Origin: Nemertoderma westbladi
Lineage: Eukaryota; Animalia; Xenacoelomorpha
DNA length: 64,000 bases
NCBI GenBank assembly: GCA_032718475.1
Contig: JAUCBJ010009051.1
Span: 1-64,000, forward strand
Direction: 5' to 3'
The first letter of the stretch is position 1. Every line of letters starts with the position of its first letter. The position numbers and the translations under genes were made by a program. Under the pieces are notes generated by a model. It ran no database searches, had not been told where the DNA came from, and was given only the letters and a program-made list of their open reading frames with translations. This document shows, piece by piece, positions 14,401 through 27,300 of the stretch.

Positions 14401-17400
14401 ATTGCTTGAGGCATTCATACTGCACGACAGACATGTTTTATAAGTCAGTGTTAGAGACTATATTGCTTGAGGCATTCATACTGCACGACAGACATGTTTA
14501 GTAAGTCTGTGTTAGAGACTATATTGCTTGAGGCATTCATACTGCACGACAGACATGTTTTATAAGTCAGTGTTAGAGACTATATTGCTTGAGGCATTCA
14601 TACTGCACGACAGTCATGTTTTATAAGTCAGTGTTAGAGACTATATTGCTTGAGGCATTCATACTGCACGACAGACATGTTTAGTAAGTCTGTGTTAGAG
14701 ACTATATTGCTTGAGGCATTCATACTGCACGACAGACATGTTTTATAAGTCAGTGTTAGAGACTATATTGCTTGAGGCATTCATACTGCACGACAGTCAT
14801 GTTTTATAAGTCAGTGTTAGAGACTATATTGCTTGAGGCATTCATACTGCACGACAGACATGTTTAGTAAGTCTGTGTTAGAGACTATATTGCTTGAGGC
14901 ATTCATACTGCACGACAGTCATGTTGTATAAGTCAGTGTTAGAGACTATATTGCTTGAGGCATTCATACTGCACGACAGACATGTTTTATAAGTCAGTGT
15001 TAGAGACTATATTGCTTGAGGCATTCATACTGCACGACAGTCATGTTTTATAAGTCAGTGTTAGAGACTATATTGCTTGAGGCATTCATACTGCACGACA
15101 GTCATGTTGTATAAGTCAGTGTTAGAGACTATATTGCTTGAGGCATTCATACTGCACGACAGTCATGTTTTATAAGTCAGTGTTAGAGACTATATTGCTT
15201 GAGGCATTCATACTGCACGACAGTCATGTTTTATAAGTCAGTGTTAGAGACTATATTGCTTGAGGCATTCATACTGCACGACAGACATGTTTAGTAAGTC
15301 TGTGTTAGAGACTATATTGCTTGAGGCATTCATACTGCACGACAGTCATGTTTTATAAGTCAGTGTTAGAGACTATATTGCTTGAGGCATTCATACTGCA
15401 CGACAGACATGTTTTATAAGTCAGTGTTAGAGACTATATTGCTTGAGGCATTCATACTGCACGACAGACATGTTTAGTAAGTCTGTGTTAGAGACTATAT
15501 TGCTTGAGGCATTCATACTGCACGACAGACATGTTTTATAAGTCAGTGTTAGAGACTATATTGCTTGAGGCATTCATACTGCACGACAGTCATGTTTTAT
15601 AAGTCAGTGTTAGAGACTATATTGCTTGAGGCATTCATACTGCACGACAGACATGTTTAGTAAGTCTGTGTTAGAGACTATATTGCTTGAGGCATTCATA
15701 CTGCACGACAGACATGTTTTATAAGTCAGTGTTAGAGACTATATTGCTTGAGGCATTCATACTGCACGACAGTCATGTTTTATAAGTCAGTGTTAGAGAC
15801 TATATTGCTTGAGGCATTCATACTGCACGACAGACATGTTTAGTAAGTCTGTGTTAGAGACTATATTGCTTGAGGCATTCATACTGCACGACAGTCATGT
15901 TGTATAAGTCAGTGTTAGAGACTATATTGCTTGAGGCATTCATACTGCACGACAGACATGTTTTATAAGTCAGTGTTAGAGACTATATTGCTTGAGGCAT
16001 TCATACTGCACGACAGTCATGTTTTATAAGTCAGTGTTAGAGACTATATTGCTTGAGGCATTCATACTGCACGACAGTCATGTTGTATAAGTCAGTGTTA
16101 GAGACTATATTGCTTGAGGCATTCATACTGCACGACAGTCATGTTTTATAAGTCAGTGTTAGAGACTATATTGCTTGAGGCATTCATACTGCACGACAGT
16201 CATGTTTTATAAGTCAGTGTTAGAGACTATATTGCTTGAGGCATTCATACTGCACGACAGTCATGTTTTATAAGTCAGTGTTAGAGACTATATTGCTGGA
16301 GGCATTCATACTGCATGACAGACATGTTTAGTAAGTCAGTGTTAGAGACTATATTGCGGGAGGCATTCATACTGCACGGCAGACATGTTTAGTGAGTCAG
16401 TGTGAAAAACTATATTGCTTGAGGCATTCATACTACACGACAGACATGTTTAGTAAGTCTGTGTTAGATACTATATTGCGGGAGGCACACAGACATGTTT
16501 TATAAGTCAGTGTTAGAGACTATATTGCGGGAGGCATTCATACTGCACGACATACATGTTAAGTGAGTCAGTGTGAGAAACTATATTGCTGGAGGCATTC
16601 ATACTGCACGACAGACATGTTTAGTAAGTCAGTGTGAGAAACTATATTGCTGGAGGCATTCATACTGCACGACAGACATGTTTAGTGAGTCAGTGTGAGA
16701 AACTATATTGCTGGAGGCATTCATACTGCACGACAGACATGTTTAGTGAGTCAGTGTGAGAAACTATATTGCTGGAGGCATTCATACTGCACGACATACA
16801 TGTTTAGTAAGTCTGTGTTAGAAACTATATTGCTTGAGGCATTCATACTGCACGACATACATGTTTAGTGAGTCAGTGTGAGAAACTATATTGCTGGAGG
16901 CATTCATACTGCACGACATACATGTTTAGTGAGTCAGTGTTAGAAACTATATTGCTTGAGGCATTCATACTGCACGACAGACATGTTTAGTAAGTCAGTG
17001 TTAGAGACTATATTGCTGGAGGCATTCATACTGCACGACAGACATGTTTAGTAAGTCAGTATTAGAGACTATATTGCGGGAGGCATTCATACTGCACGAC
17101 ATACATGTTTAGTGAGTCAGTGTGAGAAACTATATTGCTGGAGGCATTCATACTGCACGACATATAAGTCTGTGTTAGATACTATATTGCGGGAGGCACA
17201 CAGACATGTTTTATAAGTCAGTGTTAGAGACTATATTGCGGGAGGCATTCATACTGCACGGCAGACATGTTTAGTGAGTCAGTGTGAGAAACTATATTGC
17301 TGGAGGCATTCATACTGCACGACAGACATGTTTAGTAAGTCAGTATTAGAGACTATATTGCGGGAGGCATTCATACTGCACGACATACATGTTTAGTGAG

Positions 17401-20400
17401 TCAGTGTGAGAAACTATATTGCTGGAGGCATTCATACTGCACGACATACATGTTTAGTGAGTCTGTGTTAGAAACTATATTGCTTGAGGCATTCATACTG
17501 CACGACAGACATGTTTAGTAAGTCTGTGTTAGATACTATATTGCGGGAGGCACACAGACATGTTTTATAAGTCAGTGTTAGAGACTATATTGCTTGAGGC
17601 ATTCATACTGCACGGCAGACATGTTTAGTGAGTCAGTGTTAGAAACTATATTGCGGGAGGCATTCATACTGCACGGCAGACATGTTTAGTGAGTCAGTGT
17701 GAGAAACTATATTGCTGGAGGCATTCATACTGCACGACAGACATGTTTAGTAAGTCAGTGTTAGAAACTATATTGCTGGAGGCATTCATACTGCACGACA
17801 GACATGTTTAGTGAGTCAGTGTTAGAAACTATATTGCGGGAGGCATTCATACTGCACGGCAGACATGTTTAGTGAGTCAGTGTGAGAAACTATATTGCTG
17901 GAGGCATTCATACTGCACGACAGACATGTTTAGTAAGTCAGTGTTAGAGACTATATTGCGGGAGGCATTCATACTGCACGACATACATGTTTAGTAAGTC
18001 TGTGTTAGAAACTATATTGCTTGAGGCATTCATACTGCACGACATACATGTTTAGTGAGTCAGTGTGAGAAACTATATTGCTGGAGGCATTCATACTGCA
18101 CGACAGACATGTTTAGTAAGTCAGTGTTAGAGACTATATTGCGGGAGGCATTCATACTGCACGACATACATGTTTAGTAAGTCTGTGTTAGAAACTATAT
18201 TGCTTGAGGCATTCATACTGCACGACATACATGTTTAGTAAGTCTGTGTTAGAAACTATATTGCTTGAGACATTCATACTGCACGACATACATGTTTAGT
18301 GAGTCAGTGTGAGAAATTATATTGCTGGAGGCATTCATACTGCACGACAGACATGTTTAGTAAGTCAGTGTTAGAGACTATATTGCGGGAGGCATTCATA
18401 CTGCACGACAGTCATGTTTTATAAGTCAGTGTTAGAGACTATATTGCGGGAGGCATTCATACTGCACGACATACATGTTTAGTGAGTCAGTGTGAGAAAT
18501 TATATTGCTGGAGGCATTCATACTGCACGACAGACATGTTTAGTAAGTCAGTGTTAGAGACTATATTGCGGGAGGCATTCATACTGCACGACATACATGT
18601 TTAGTGAGTCAGTGTGAGAAATTATATTGCTGGAGGCATTCATACTGCACGACAGACATGTTTAGTAAGTCAGTGTTAGAGACTATATTGCGGGAGGCAT
18701 TCATACTGCACGACAGACATGTTTTATAAGTCAGTGTTAGAGACTATATTGCGGGAGGCATTCATACTGCACGACAGACATGTTTAGTAAGTCTGTGTTA
18801 GAAACTATATTGCTGGAGGCATTCATACTGCACGACAGACATGTTTAGTAAGTCAATGTGAGAAACTATATTGCTTGAGGCATTCATACTGCACGACAGA
18901 CCTGTTTAGTAAGTCAGTGTTAGAGACTATATTGCGGGAGGCATTCATACTGCACGACAGACATGTTTAGTAAGTCTGTGTTAGAGACTATATTGCGGGA
19001 GGCACACAGACATGTTTAGTGAGTCAGTGTTAGAGACTATATTGCTGGAGGCATTCATACTGCACGACAGACATGTTTAGTAAGTCAGTGTTAGAGACTA
19101 TATTGCTTGAGGCATTCATACTGCACGACAGACATGTTTAGTAAGTCAATGTGAGAAACTATATTGCTTGAGGCATTCATACTGCACGACAGACATGTTT
19201 AGTAAGTCAGTGTTAGAGACTATATTGCGGGAGGCATTCATACTGCACGACAGACATGTTTAGTAAGTCTGTGTTAGAGACTATATTGCGGGAGGCACAC
19301 AGACATGTTTAGTGAGTCAGTGTTAGAGACTATATTGCTGGAGGCATTCATACTGCACGACAGACATGTTTAGTAAGTCAGTGTTAGAGACTATATTGCT
19401 GGAGACATTCATACTGCACGACAGACATGTTTAGTAAGTCTGTGTTAGAGACTATATTGCTGGAGACATTCATACTGCACGACAGACATGTTTAGTGAGT
19501 CAGTGTGAGAAACTATATTGCTGGAGGCATTCATACTGCACGACAGACATGTTTAGTAAGTCTGTGTTAGAGACTATATTGCGGGAGGCATTCATACTGC
19601 ACGACAGACATGTTTAGTAAGTCTGTGTTAGATACTATATTGCGGGAGGCACACAGACATGTTTTATAAGTCAGTGTTAGAGACTATATTGCGGGAGGCA
19701 TTCATACTGCACGGCAGACATGTTTAGTGAGTCAGTGTGAGAAACTATATTGCTGGAGGCATTCATACTGCACGACAGACATGTTTAGTAAGTCAGTGTT
19801 AGAGACTATATTGCGGGAGGCATTCAAACTGCACGACAGACATGTTTAGTAAGTCTGTGTTAGAGACTATATTGCGGGAGGCACACAGACATGTTTTATA
19901 AGTCAGTGTTAGAGACTATATTGCTGGAGGCATTCATACTGCACGACATACATGTTTAGTAAGTCTGTGTTAGATACTATATTGTGGGAGGCACACAGAC
20001 ATGTTTTATAAGTCAGTGTTAGAGACTATATTGCTTGAGGCATTCATACTGCACGACAGACATGTTTAGTGAGTCAGTGTGAGAAACTATATTGCTGGAG
20101 GCATTCATACTGCACGACAGACATGTTTAGTGAGTCAGTGTGAGAAACTATATTGCTGGAGGCATTCATACTGCACGGCAGACATGTTTAGTGAGTCATT
20201 GTTAGAGACTATATTGCTGGAGGCATTCATACTGCACGGCAGACATGTTTAGTGAGTCAGTGTGAGAAACTATATTGCTGGAGGCATTCATACTGCACGG
20301 CAGACATGTTTAGTGAGTCAGTGTGAGAAACTATATTGCTGGAGGCATTCATACTGCACGACAGACATGTTTAGTAAGTCTGTGTTAGATACTATATTGC

Positions 20401-22496
20401 GGGAGGCACACAGACATGTTTTATAAGTCAGTGTTAGAGACTATATTGCGGGAGGCATTCATACTGCACGGCAGACATGTTTAGTGAGTCAGTGTGAGAA
20501 ACTATATTGCTGGAGGCATTCATACTGCACGACAGACATGTTTAGTAAGTCAGTGTTAGAGACTATATTGCGGGAGGCATTCATACTGCACGACATACAT
20601 GTTTAGTGAGTCAGTGTGAGAAACTATATTGCTGGAGGCATTCATACTGCACGACAGACATGTTTAGTAAGTCAGTGTTAGAGACTATATTGCGGGAGGC
20701 ATTCATACTGCACGACAGACATGTTTAGTAAGTCTGTGTTAGAAACTATATTGCTTGAGGCATTCATACTGCACGACAGACATGTTTAGTAAGTCTGTGT
20801 TAGAAACTATATTGCTTGAGGCATTCATACTGCACGACAGACATGTTTTATAAGTCAGTGTTAGAGACTATATTGCTTGAGGCATTCATACTGCACGACA
20901 GACATGTTTAGTAAGTCTGTGTTACAAACTATATTGCTTGAGGCATTCATACTGCACGACAGACATGTTTAGTAAGTCTGTGTTAGAAACTATATTGCGG
21001 GAGGCATTCATACTGCACGACAGTCATGTTTAGTAAGTCTGTGTTAGAGACTATATTGCGGGAGGCACACAGACATGTTTAGTAAGTCAGTGTTAGAAAC
21101 TATATTGCTTGAGGCATTCATACTGCACGACATACATGTTTAGTGAGTCAATGTGAGAAACTATATTGCTGGAGGCATTCATACTGCACGACATACATGT
21201 TTAGTGAGTCAGTGTTAGAAACTATATTGCTGGAGGCATTCATACTGCACGGCAGACATGTTTAGTGAGTCAATGTGAGAAACTATATTGCTGGAGGCAT
21301 TCATACTGCACGACAGACATGTTTAGTAAGTCAGTGTTAGAGACTATATTGCTGGAGACATTCATACTGCACGACAGACATGTTTAGTAAGTCAGTGTTA
21401 GAGACTATATTGCGGGAGGCATTCATACTGCACGACATACATGTTTAGTGAGTCAATGTGAGAAACTATATTGCTTGAGGCATTCATACTGCACGACATA
21501 CATGTTTAGTGAGTCAGTGTTAGAGACTATATTGCGGGAGGCATTCATACTGCACGACATACATGTTTAGTGAGTCAATGTGAGAAACTATATTGCTTGA
21601 GGCATTCATACTGCACGGCAGACATGTTTAGTGAGTCAGTGTGAGAAACTATATTGCTGGAGGCATTCATACTGCACGACATACATGTTTAGTGAGTCAG
21701 TGTTAGAGACTATATTGCGGGAGGCATTCATACTGCACGACATACATGTTTAGTGAGTCAATGTGAGAAACTATATTGCGGGAGGCATTCATACTGCACG
21801 ACATACATGTTTAGTGAGTCAATGTGAGAAACTATATTGCTGGAGGCATTCATACTGCACGACATACATGTTTAGTGAGTCAGTGTTAGAAACTATATTG
21901 CTGGAGGCATTCATACTGCACGACATACATGTTTAGTGAGTCAATGTGAGAAACTATATTGCTGGAGGCATTCATACTGCACGACATACATGTTTAGTGA
22001 GTCAGTGTTAGAAACTATATTGCTGGAGGCATTCATACTGCACGACATACATGTTTAGTGAGTCAATGTGAGAAACTATATTGCTGGAGGCATTCATACT
22101 GCACGACATACATGTTTAGTGAGTCAATGTGAGAAACTATATTGCTGGAGGCATTCATACTGCACGACATACATGTTTAGTGAGTCAGTGTTAGAAACTA
22201 TATTGCTGGAGGCATTCATACTGCACGACATACATGTTTAGTGAGTCAATGTGAGAAACTATATTGCTGGAGGCATTCATACTGCACGACATACATGTTT
22301 AGTGAGTCAATGTGAGAAACTATATTGCTGGAGGCATTCATACTGCACGACATACATGTTTAGTGAGTCAGTGTTAGAAACTATATTGCTGGAGGCATTC
22401 ATACTGCACGACATACATGTTTAGTGAGTCAATGTGAGAAACTATATTGCTGGAGGCATTCATACTGCACGACATACATGTTTAGTGAGTCAGTGT
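2431..22496. repeat. 61-bp satellite array, left arm (with 49-bp deletion variant and higher-order repeats)
   Basis: Consensus gacagacatgtttagtaagtcagtgttagagactatattgcttgaggcattcatactgcac; a 1-bp shift per 60-nt line confirms period 61. The 49-bp variant reads ggcacacagac instead of ggcattcatactgcacgacagac. Confidence 0.99.
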
Positions 22497-24262
22497 TAGT
22501 CAAGTCAGTGTCAGTCCAGGCATGGAAATCGATCAATCTGCTTACTGGGCGGAAAAGCCAACCAACCACCAAGGTTAAGGCTGAATCACCAGCCGATCGC
22601 CTCAATGGTTGGAAAGCCCACTTTGAAAAGCTCCTCAATAATGACAGGGTATTGCCTGATAACTTTATAGAAGTAAAAGTGTCTGAGTCTGTACTCCCAG
22701 ATATTCCCATTGGCGATATCTCCTTTGCAGAAGTGAAGGCTGCTGCAAAGAGCATTAAGACCAATCGTGCCAGTGGAGTAGATGGTGTTCCCCCTGAGGT
22801 CTTTAAAATACCTGAGTGTTTAAAGCTCATCTATCCCATCATAGTAGACATGTACCGTACAACAAGAGTCCCACAAGAAATGAAAACAAATAAGTTGGTG
22901 CCAGTTCCCAAGAAGGGCAACCTAACACTCTATGGTTCTTTTCGGGGAATCTCATTGATCTCGATTGCTGCAAAACTATACAATAGAATTCTATTAAATC
23001 GCATCAGGGATCCCATTGAGAGACTGCTACGTGGAAATCAGAATGGGTTCCGTAAAGGTCGTGGGACCATGGAGCCCATTTTGGCACTTAGAAGGATAAT
23101 TGAAGAGTTATCAAAAAAGAAAGACAGGCATCTGGCTGTTATCTTTGTTGACTTCTTCAAGGCCTTTGATTCAGTCTCTCGCTCACGTTTGTTCAGCATA
23201 CTTTCATTATATGGGATTCCTGATGAAATTATTGCAGCAATCAGATCAGTATACGATGGTTCGACAACATTTGTGTCTACTGTTGATGGTGACACAGAAC
23301 CATTTGAAGTGTTATGGGGCGTCCTCCAAGGAGACACACTTGCACCATTCTTGTTCATTATTGTGGTTGACTATGTTCTACGCATGTCCTTAGATCATCA
23401 TAATGATGATGGGGTGATGATAACTCCACCTACTGGCTCCAGAAGTCGAGGAAATCCTGCCAAGTACCTAACTGATCTAGACTTTGCTGATGACTTAGGA
23501 GTACTCTCAGAATCATTAGAGGGAGCCCAGCGGCTCCTCAGCTCATTAGAACATGCTGCTTCTAGTGTTGGTCTTTTTATTAACTCCAGAAAGACCAAAA
23601 TTCTGACAGTTAACTTTGAAAGTCCTCAGCAAGTCTCTGATCGGATGAGTATAAGCTCAAAGGATGGTATGCTTGAGCATGTGGACGACTTCTGTTACCT
23701 GGGATCATGGATCCGGAAGTCAGGTGAGGACCTTCGAATACGTAAGGGAAAGGCATGGGCAGCCTTGAATGGGCTTTCCAGGATTTGGAAGTCACCTAGA
23801 ATTAATCGGAAACTTAAGGTCCGATTATTCAGAGCAGCAGTAGTTCCAGTACTCCTCTACGGGAGTCCATGCTGGGCTCTAACTGCTGAGGACACCAAAT
23901 CTCTGGATGGCACATTCACAAGAATGCTACGCCGGGTACATTGTGTCAAGTACAATGCACACATCTCCAACCAGACACTATATAACATTGGAGGTGTCTC
24001 ATTGGTTCCCCCAAGCTTGACACTAGAACAAAATCGCCTCCGCTTTGCAGGACATTGCTTTCGCCGTGAGGACCAGCCAGTGCATAATCTTGTACTTTGG
24101 CAGCCTCATGGAGTGAATAAGCATGGTGGACAGCCCATGACTTTCTTGAGACGCATCTTAAAGGACACTGGCCTTAAAGATGCGGATGATCTAGCAAATG
24201 TCATGGGTGATAGGGAGTTGTGGCGGTGCAATTTTGTTGACAAGCCGGCACAGCATTCTTAA
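22478..24262 (+). CDS. Non-LTR reverse transcriptase (RT plus C-terminal region; first codons come from satellite)
   Basis: Motifs ASGVDG, PVPKKG, FRGISL, QNGFR, FVDFFKAFDS, GVLQGDTLAPFLF, LDFADD, FCYLGS and an RTE-type C-terminus (RLRFAGHCFR...LWQP...DRELWR). No stops or frameshifts. The ATG at 22478 lies in the last satellite monomer. Confidence 0.85.
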   Translation: MFSESVLVKSVSVQAWKSINLLTGRKSQPTTKVKAESPADRLNGWKAHFEKLLNNDRVLPDNFIEVKVSESVLPDIPIGDISFAEVKAAAKSIKTNRASGVDGVPPEVFKIPECLKLIYPIIVDMYRTTRVPQEMKTNKLVPVPKKGNLTLYGSFRGISLISIAAKLYNRILLNRIRDPIERLLRGNQNGFRKGRGTMEPILALRRIIEELSKKKDRHLAVIFVDFFKAFDSVSRSRLFSILSLYGIPDEIIAAIRSVYDGSTTFVSTVDGDTEPFEVLWGVLQGDTLAPFLFIIVVDYVLRMSLDHHNDDGVMITPPTGSRSRGNPAKYLTDLDFADDLGVLSESLEGAQRLLSSLEHAASSVGLFINSRKTKILTVNFESPQQVSDRMSISSKDGMLEHVDDFCYLGSWIRKSGEDLRIRKGKAWAALNGLSRIWKSPRINRKLKVRLFRAAVVPVLLYGSPCWALTAEDTKSLDGTFTRMLRRVHCVKYNAHISNQTLYNIGGVSLVPPSLTLEQNRLRFAGHCFRREDQPVHNLVLWQPHGVNKHGGQPMTFLRRILKDTGLKDADDLANVMGDRELWRCNFVDKPAQHS

Positions 24263-24301
24263 AAATGCAGCTGCAATGCAGCATGCCGATCCTAGTAGTA
24301 G
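22497..24301 (+). mobile_element. 5'-truncated RTE-clade-like non-LTR retrotransposon inserted in the 61-bp satellite
   Basis: RT ORF, ~30-nt 3' UTR and (TAG)n tail at 24293-24304. TSD tagtgagtcagtgt at 22483-22496 and 24302-24315. No endonuclease domain is retained. Confidence 0.92.
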
Positions 24302-27300
24302 TAGTGAGTCAGTGTGAGAAACTATATTGCTTGAGGCATTCATACTGCACGACATACATGTTTAGTGAGTCAATGTGAGAAACTATATTGCTGGAGGCAT
24401 TCATACTGCACGACAGACATGTTTAGTAAGTCAGTGTTAGAGACTATATTGCTGGAGACATTCATACTGCACGACAGACATGTTTAGTAAGTCAGTGTTA
24501 GAAACTATATTGCTTGAGGCATTCATACTGCACGACAGACATGTTTAGTGAGTCAATGTGAGAAACTATATTGCTTGAGGCATTCATACTGCACGACATA
24601 CATGTTTAGTGAGTCAATGTGAGAAACTATATTGCTGGAGGCATTCATACTGCACGACATACATGTTTAGTGAGTCAGTGTTAGAAACTATATTGCTGGA
24701 GGCATTCATACTGCACGGCAGACATGTTTAGTGAGTCAGTGTTAGAGACTATATTGCTGGAGACATTCATACTGCACGACAGACATGTTTAGTAAGTCTG
24801 TGTTAGAGACTATATTGCGGGAGGCACACAGACATGTTTAGTAAGTCAGTGTTAGAAACTATATTGCTTGAGGCATTCATACTGCACGACAGACATGTTT
24901 AATAAGTCAGTGTTAGAAACTATATTGCTTGAGGCATTCATACTGCACGACAGACATGTTTAGTGAGTCAATGTGAGAAACTATATTGCTTGAGGCATTC
25001 ATACTGCACGACATACATGTTTAGTGAGTCAATGTGAGAAACTATATTGCTGGAGGCATTCATACTGCACGACATACATGTTTAGTGAGTCAGTGTTAGA
25101 AACTATATTGCTGGAGGCATTCATACTGCACGACATACATGTTTAGTGAGTCAGTGTTAGAAACTATATTGCTGGAGGCATTCATACTGCACGGCAGACA
25201 TGTTTAGTGAGTCAGTGTTAGAGACTATATTGCTGGAGACATTCATACTGCACGACATACATGTTTAGTGAGTCAGTGTTAGAGACTATATTGCGGGAGG
25301 CACACATACATGTTTAGTGAGTCAGTGTTAGAAACTATATTGCTGGAGGCATTCATACTGCACGGCAGACATGTTTAGTGAGTCAGTGTTAGAGACTATA
25401 TTGCTGGAGGCATTCATACTGCACGACAGTCATGTTTTATAAGTCAGTGTTAGAGACTATATTGCTTGAGGCATTCATACTGCACGACATACATGTTTAG
25501 TGAGTCAATGTGAGAAACTATATTGCTGGAGGCATTCATACTGCACGACAGACATGTTTAGTGAGTCAATGTGAGAAACTATATTGCTTGAGGCATTCAT
25601 ACTGCACGACATACATGTTTAGTGAGTCAATGTGAGAAACTATATTGCTGGAGGCATTCATACTGCACGACAGACATGTTTAGTGAGTCAATGTGAGAAA
25701 CTATATTGCTTGAGGCATTCATACTGCACGACATACATGTTTAGTGAGTCAATGTGAGAAACTATATTGCTGGAGGCATTCATACTGCACGACATACATG
25801 TTTAGTGAGTCAGTGTTAGAAACTATATTGCTGGAGGCATTCATACTGCACGACATACATGTTTAGTGAGTCAGTGTTAGAAACTATATTGCTTGAGGCA
25901 TTCATACTGCACGACAGACATGTTTAGTAAGTCAGTGTTAGAGACTATATTGCTGGAGACATTCATACTGCACGACAGACATGTTTAGTAAGTCAGTGTT
26001 AGAGACTATATTGCTGGAGGCATTCATACTGCACGGCAGACATGTTTAGTGAGTCAGTGTGAGAAACTATATTGCTGGAGGCATTCATACTGCACGACAT
26101 ACATGTTTAGTGAGTCAGTGTTAGAAACTATATTGCTGGAGGCATTCATACTGCACGACAGACATGTTTAGTGAGTCAGTGTTAGAGACTATATTGCTTG
26201 AGGCATTCATACTGCACGGCAGACATGTTTAGTGAGTCAGTGTTAGAGACTATATTGCTGGAGGCATTCATACTGCACGACAGTCATGTTTTATAAGTCA
26301 GTGTTAGAGACTATATTGCTTGAGGCATTCATACTGCACGACATACATGTTTAGTGAGTCAGTGTGAGAAACTATATTGCTGGAGGCATTCATACTGCAC
26401 GACAGACATGTTTAGTAAGTCTGTGTTAGAGACTATATTGCGGGAGGCACACAGACATGTTTAGTAAGTCAGTGTTAGAGACTATATTGCTTGAGGCATT
26501 CATACTGCACGACATACATGTTTAGTGAGTCAGTGTGAGAAACTATATTGCTGGAGGCATTCATACTGCACGACATACATGTTTAGTGAGTCAGTGTTAG
26601 AAACTATATTGCTGGAGGCATTCATACTGCACGGCAGACATGTTTAGTGAGTCAGTGTTAGAGACTATATTGCTGGAGACATTCATACTGCACGACAGAC
26701 ATGTTTAGTGAGTCAGTGTTAGAAACTATATTGCTTGAGGCATTCATACTGCACGACAGACATGTTTAGTAAGTCTGTGTTAGAGACTATATTGCTTGAG
26801 GCATTCATACTGCACGACATACATGTTTAGTGACTCAATGTGAGAAACTATATTGCTGGAGGCATTCATACTGCACGACATACATGTTTAGTGAGTCAAT
26901 GTGAGAAACTATATTGCTGGAGGCATTCATACTGCACGACAGACATGTTTAGTGAGTCAATGTGAGAAACTATATTGCTTGAGGCATTCATACTGCACGA
27001 CATACATGTTTAGTGAGTCAATGTGAGAAACTATATTGCTGGAGGCATTCATACTGCACGACATACATGTTTAGTGAGTCAGTGTTAGAAACTATATTGC
27101 TGGAGGCATTCATACTGCACGACATACATGTTTAGTGAGTCAGTGTTAGAAACTATATTGCTTGAGGCATTCATACTGCACGACAGACATGTTTAGTAAG
27201 TCAGTGTTAGAGACTATATTGCTGGAGACATTCATACTGCACGACAGACATGTTTAGTAAGTCAGTGTTAGAGACTATATTGCTGGAGGCATTCATACTG

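Noticed and set aside
22429-23795. Small antisense or alternate-frame ORFs over the RTE element (also over the F-box gene, minus LINE and Bel/Pao pol)
   Set aside because: Shadow ORFs of real coding frames, with no recognisable motifs.
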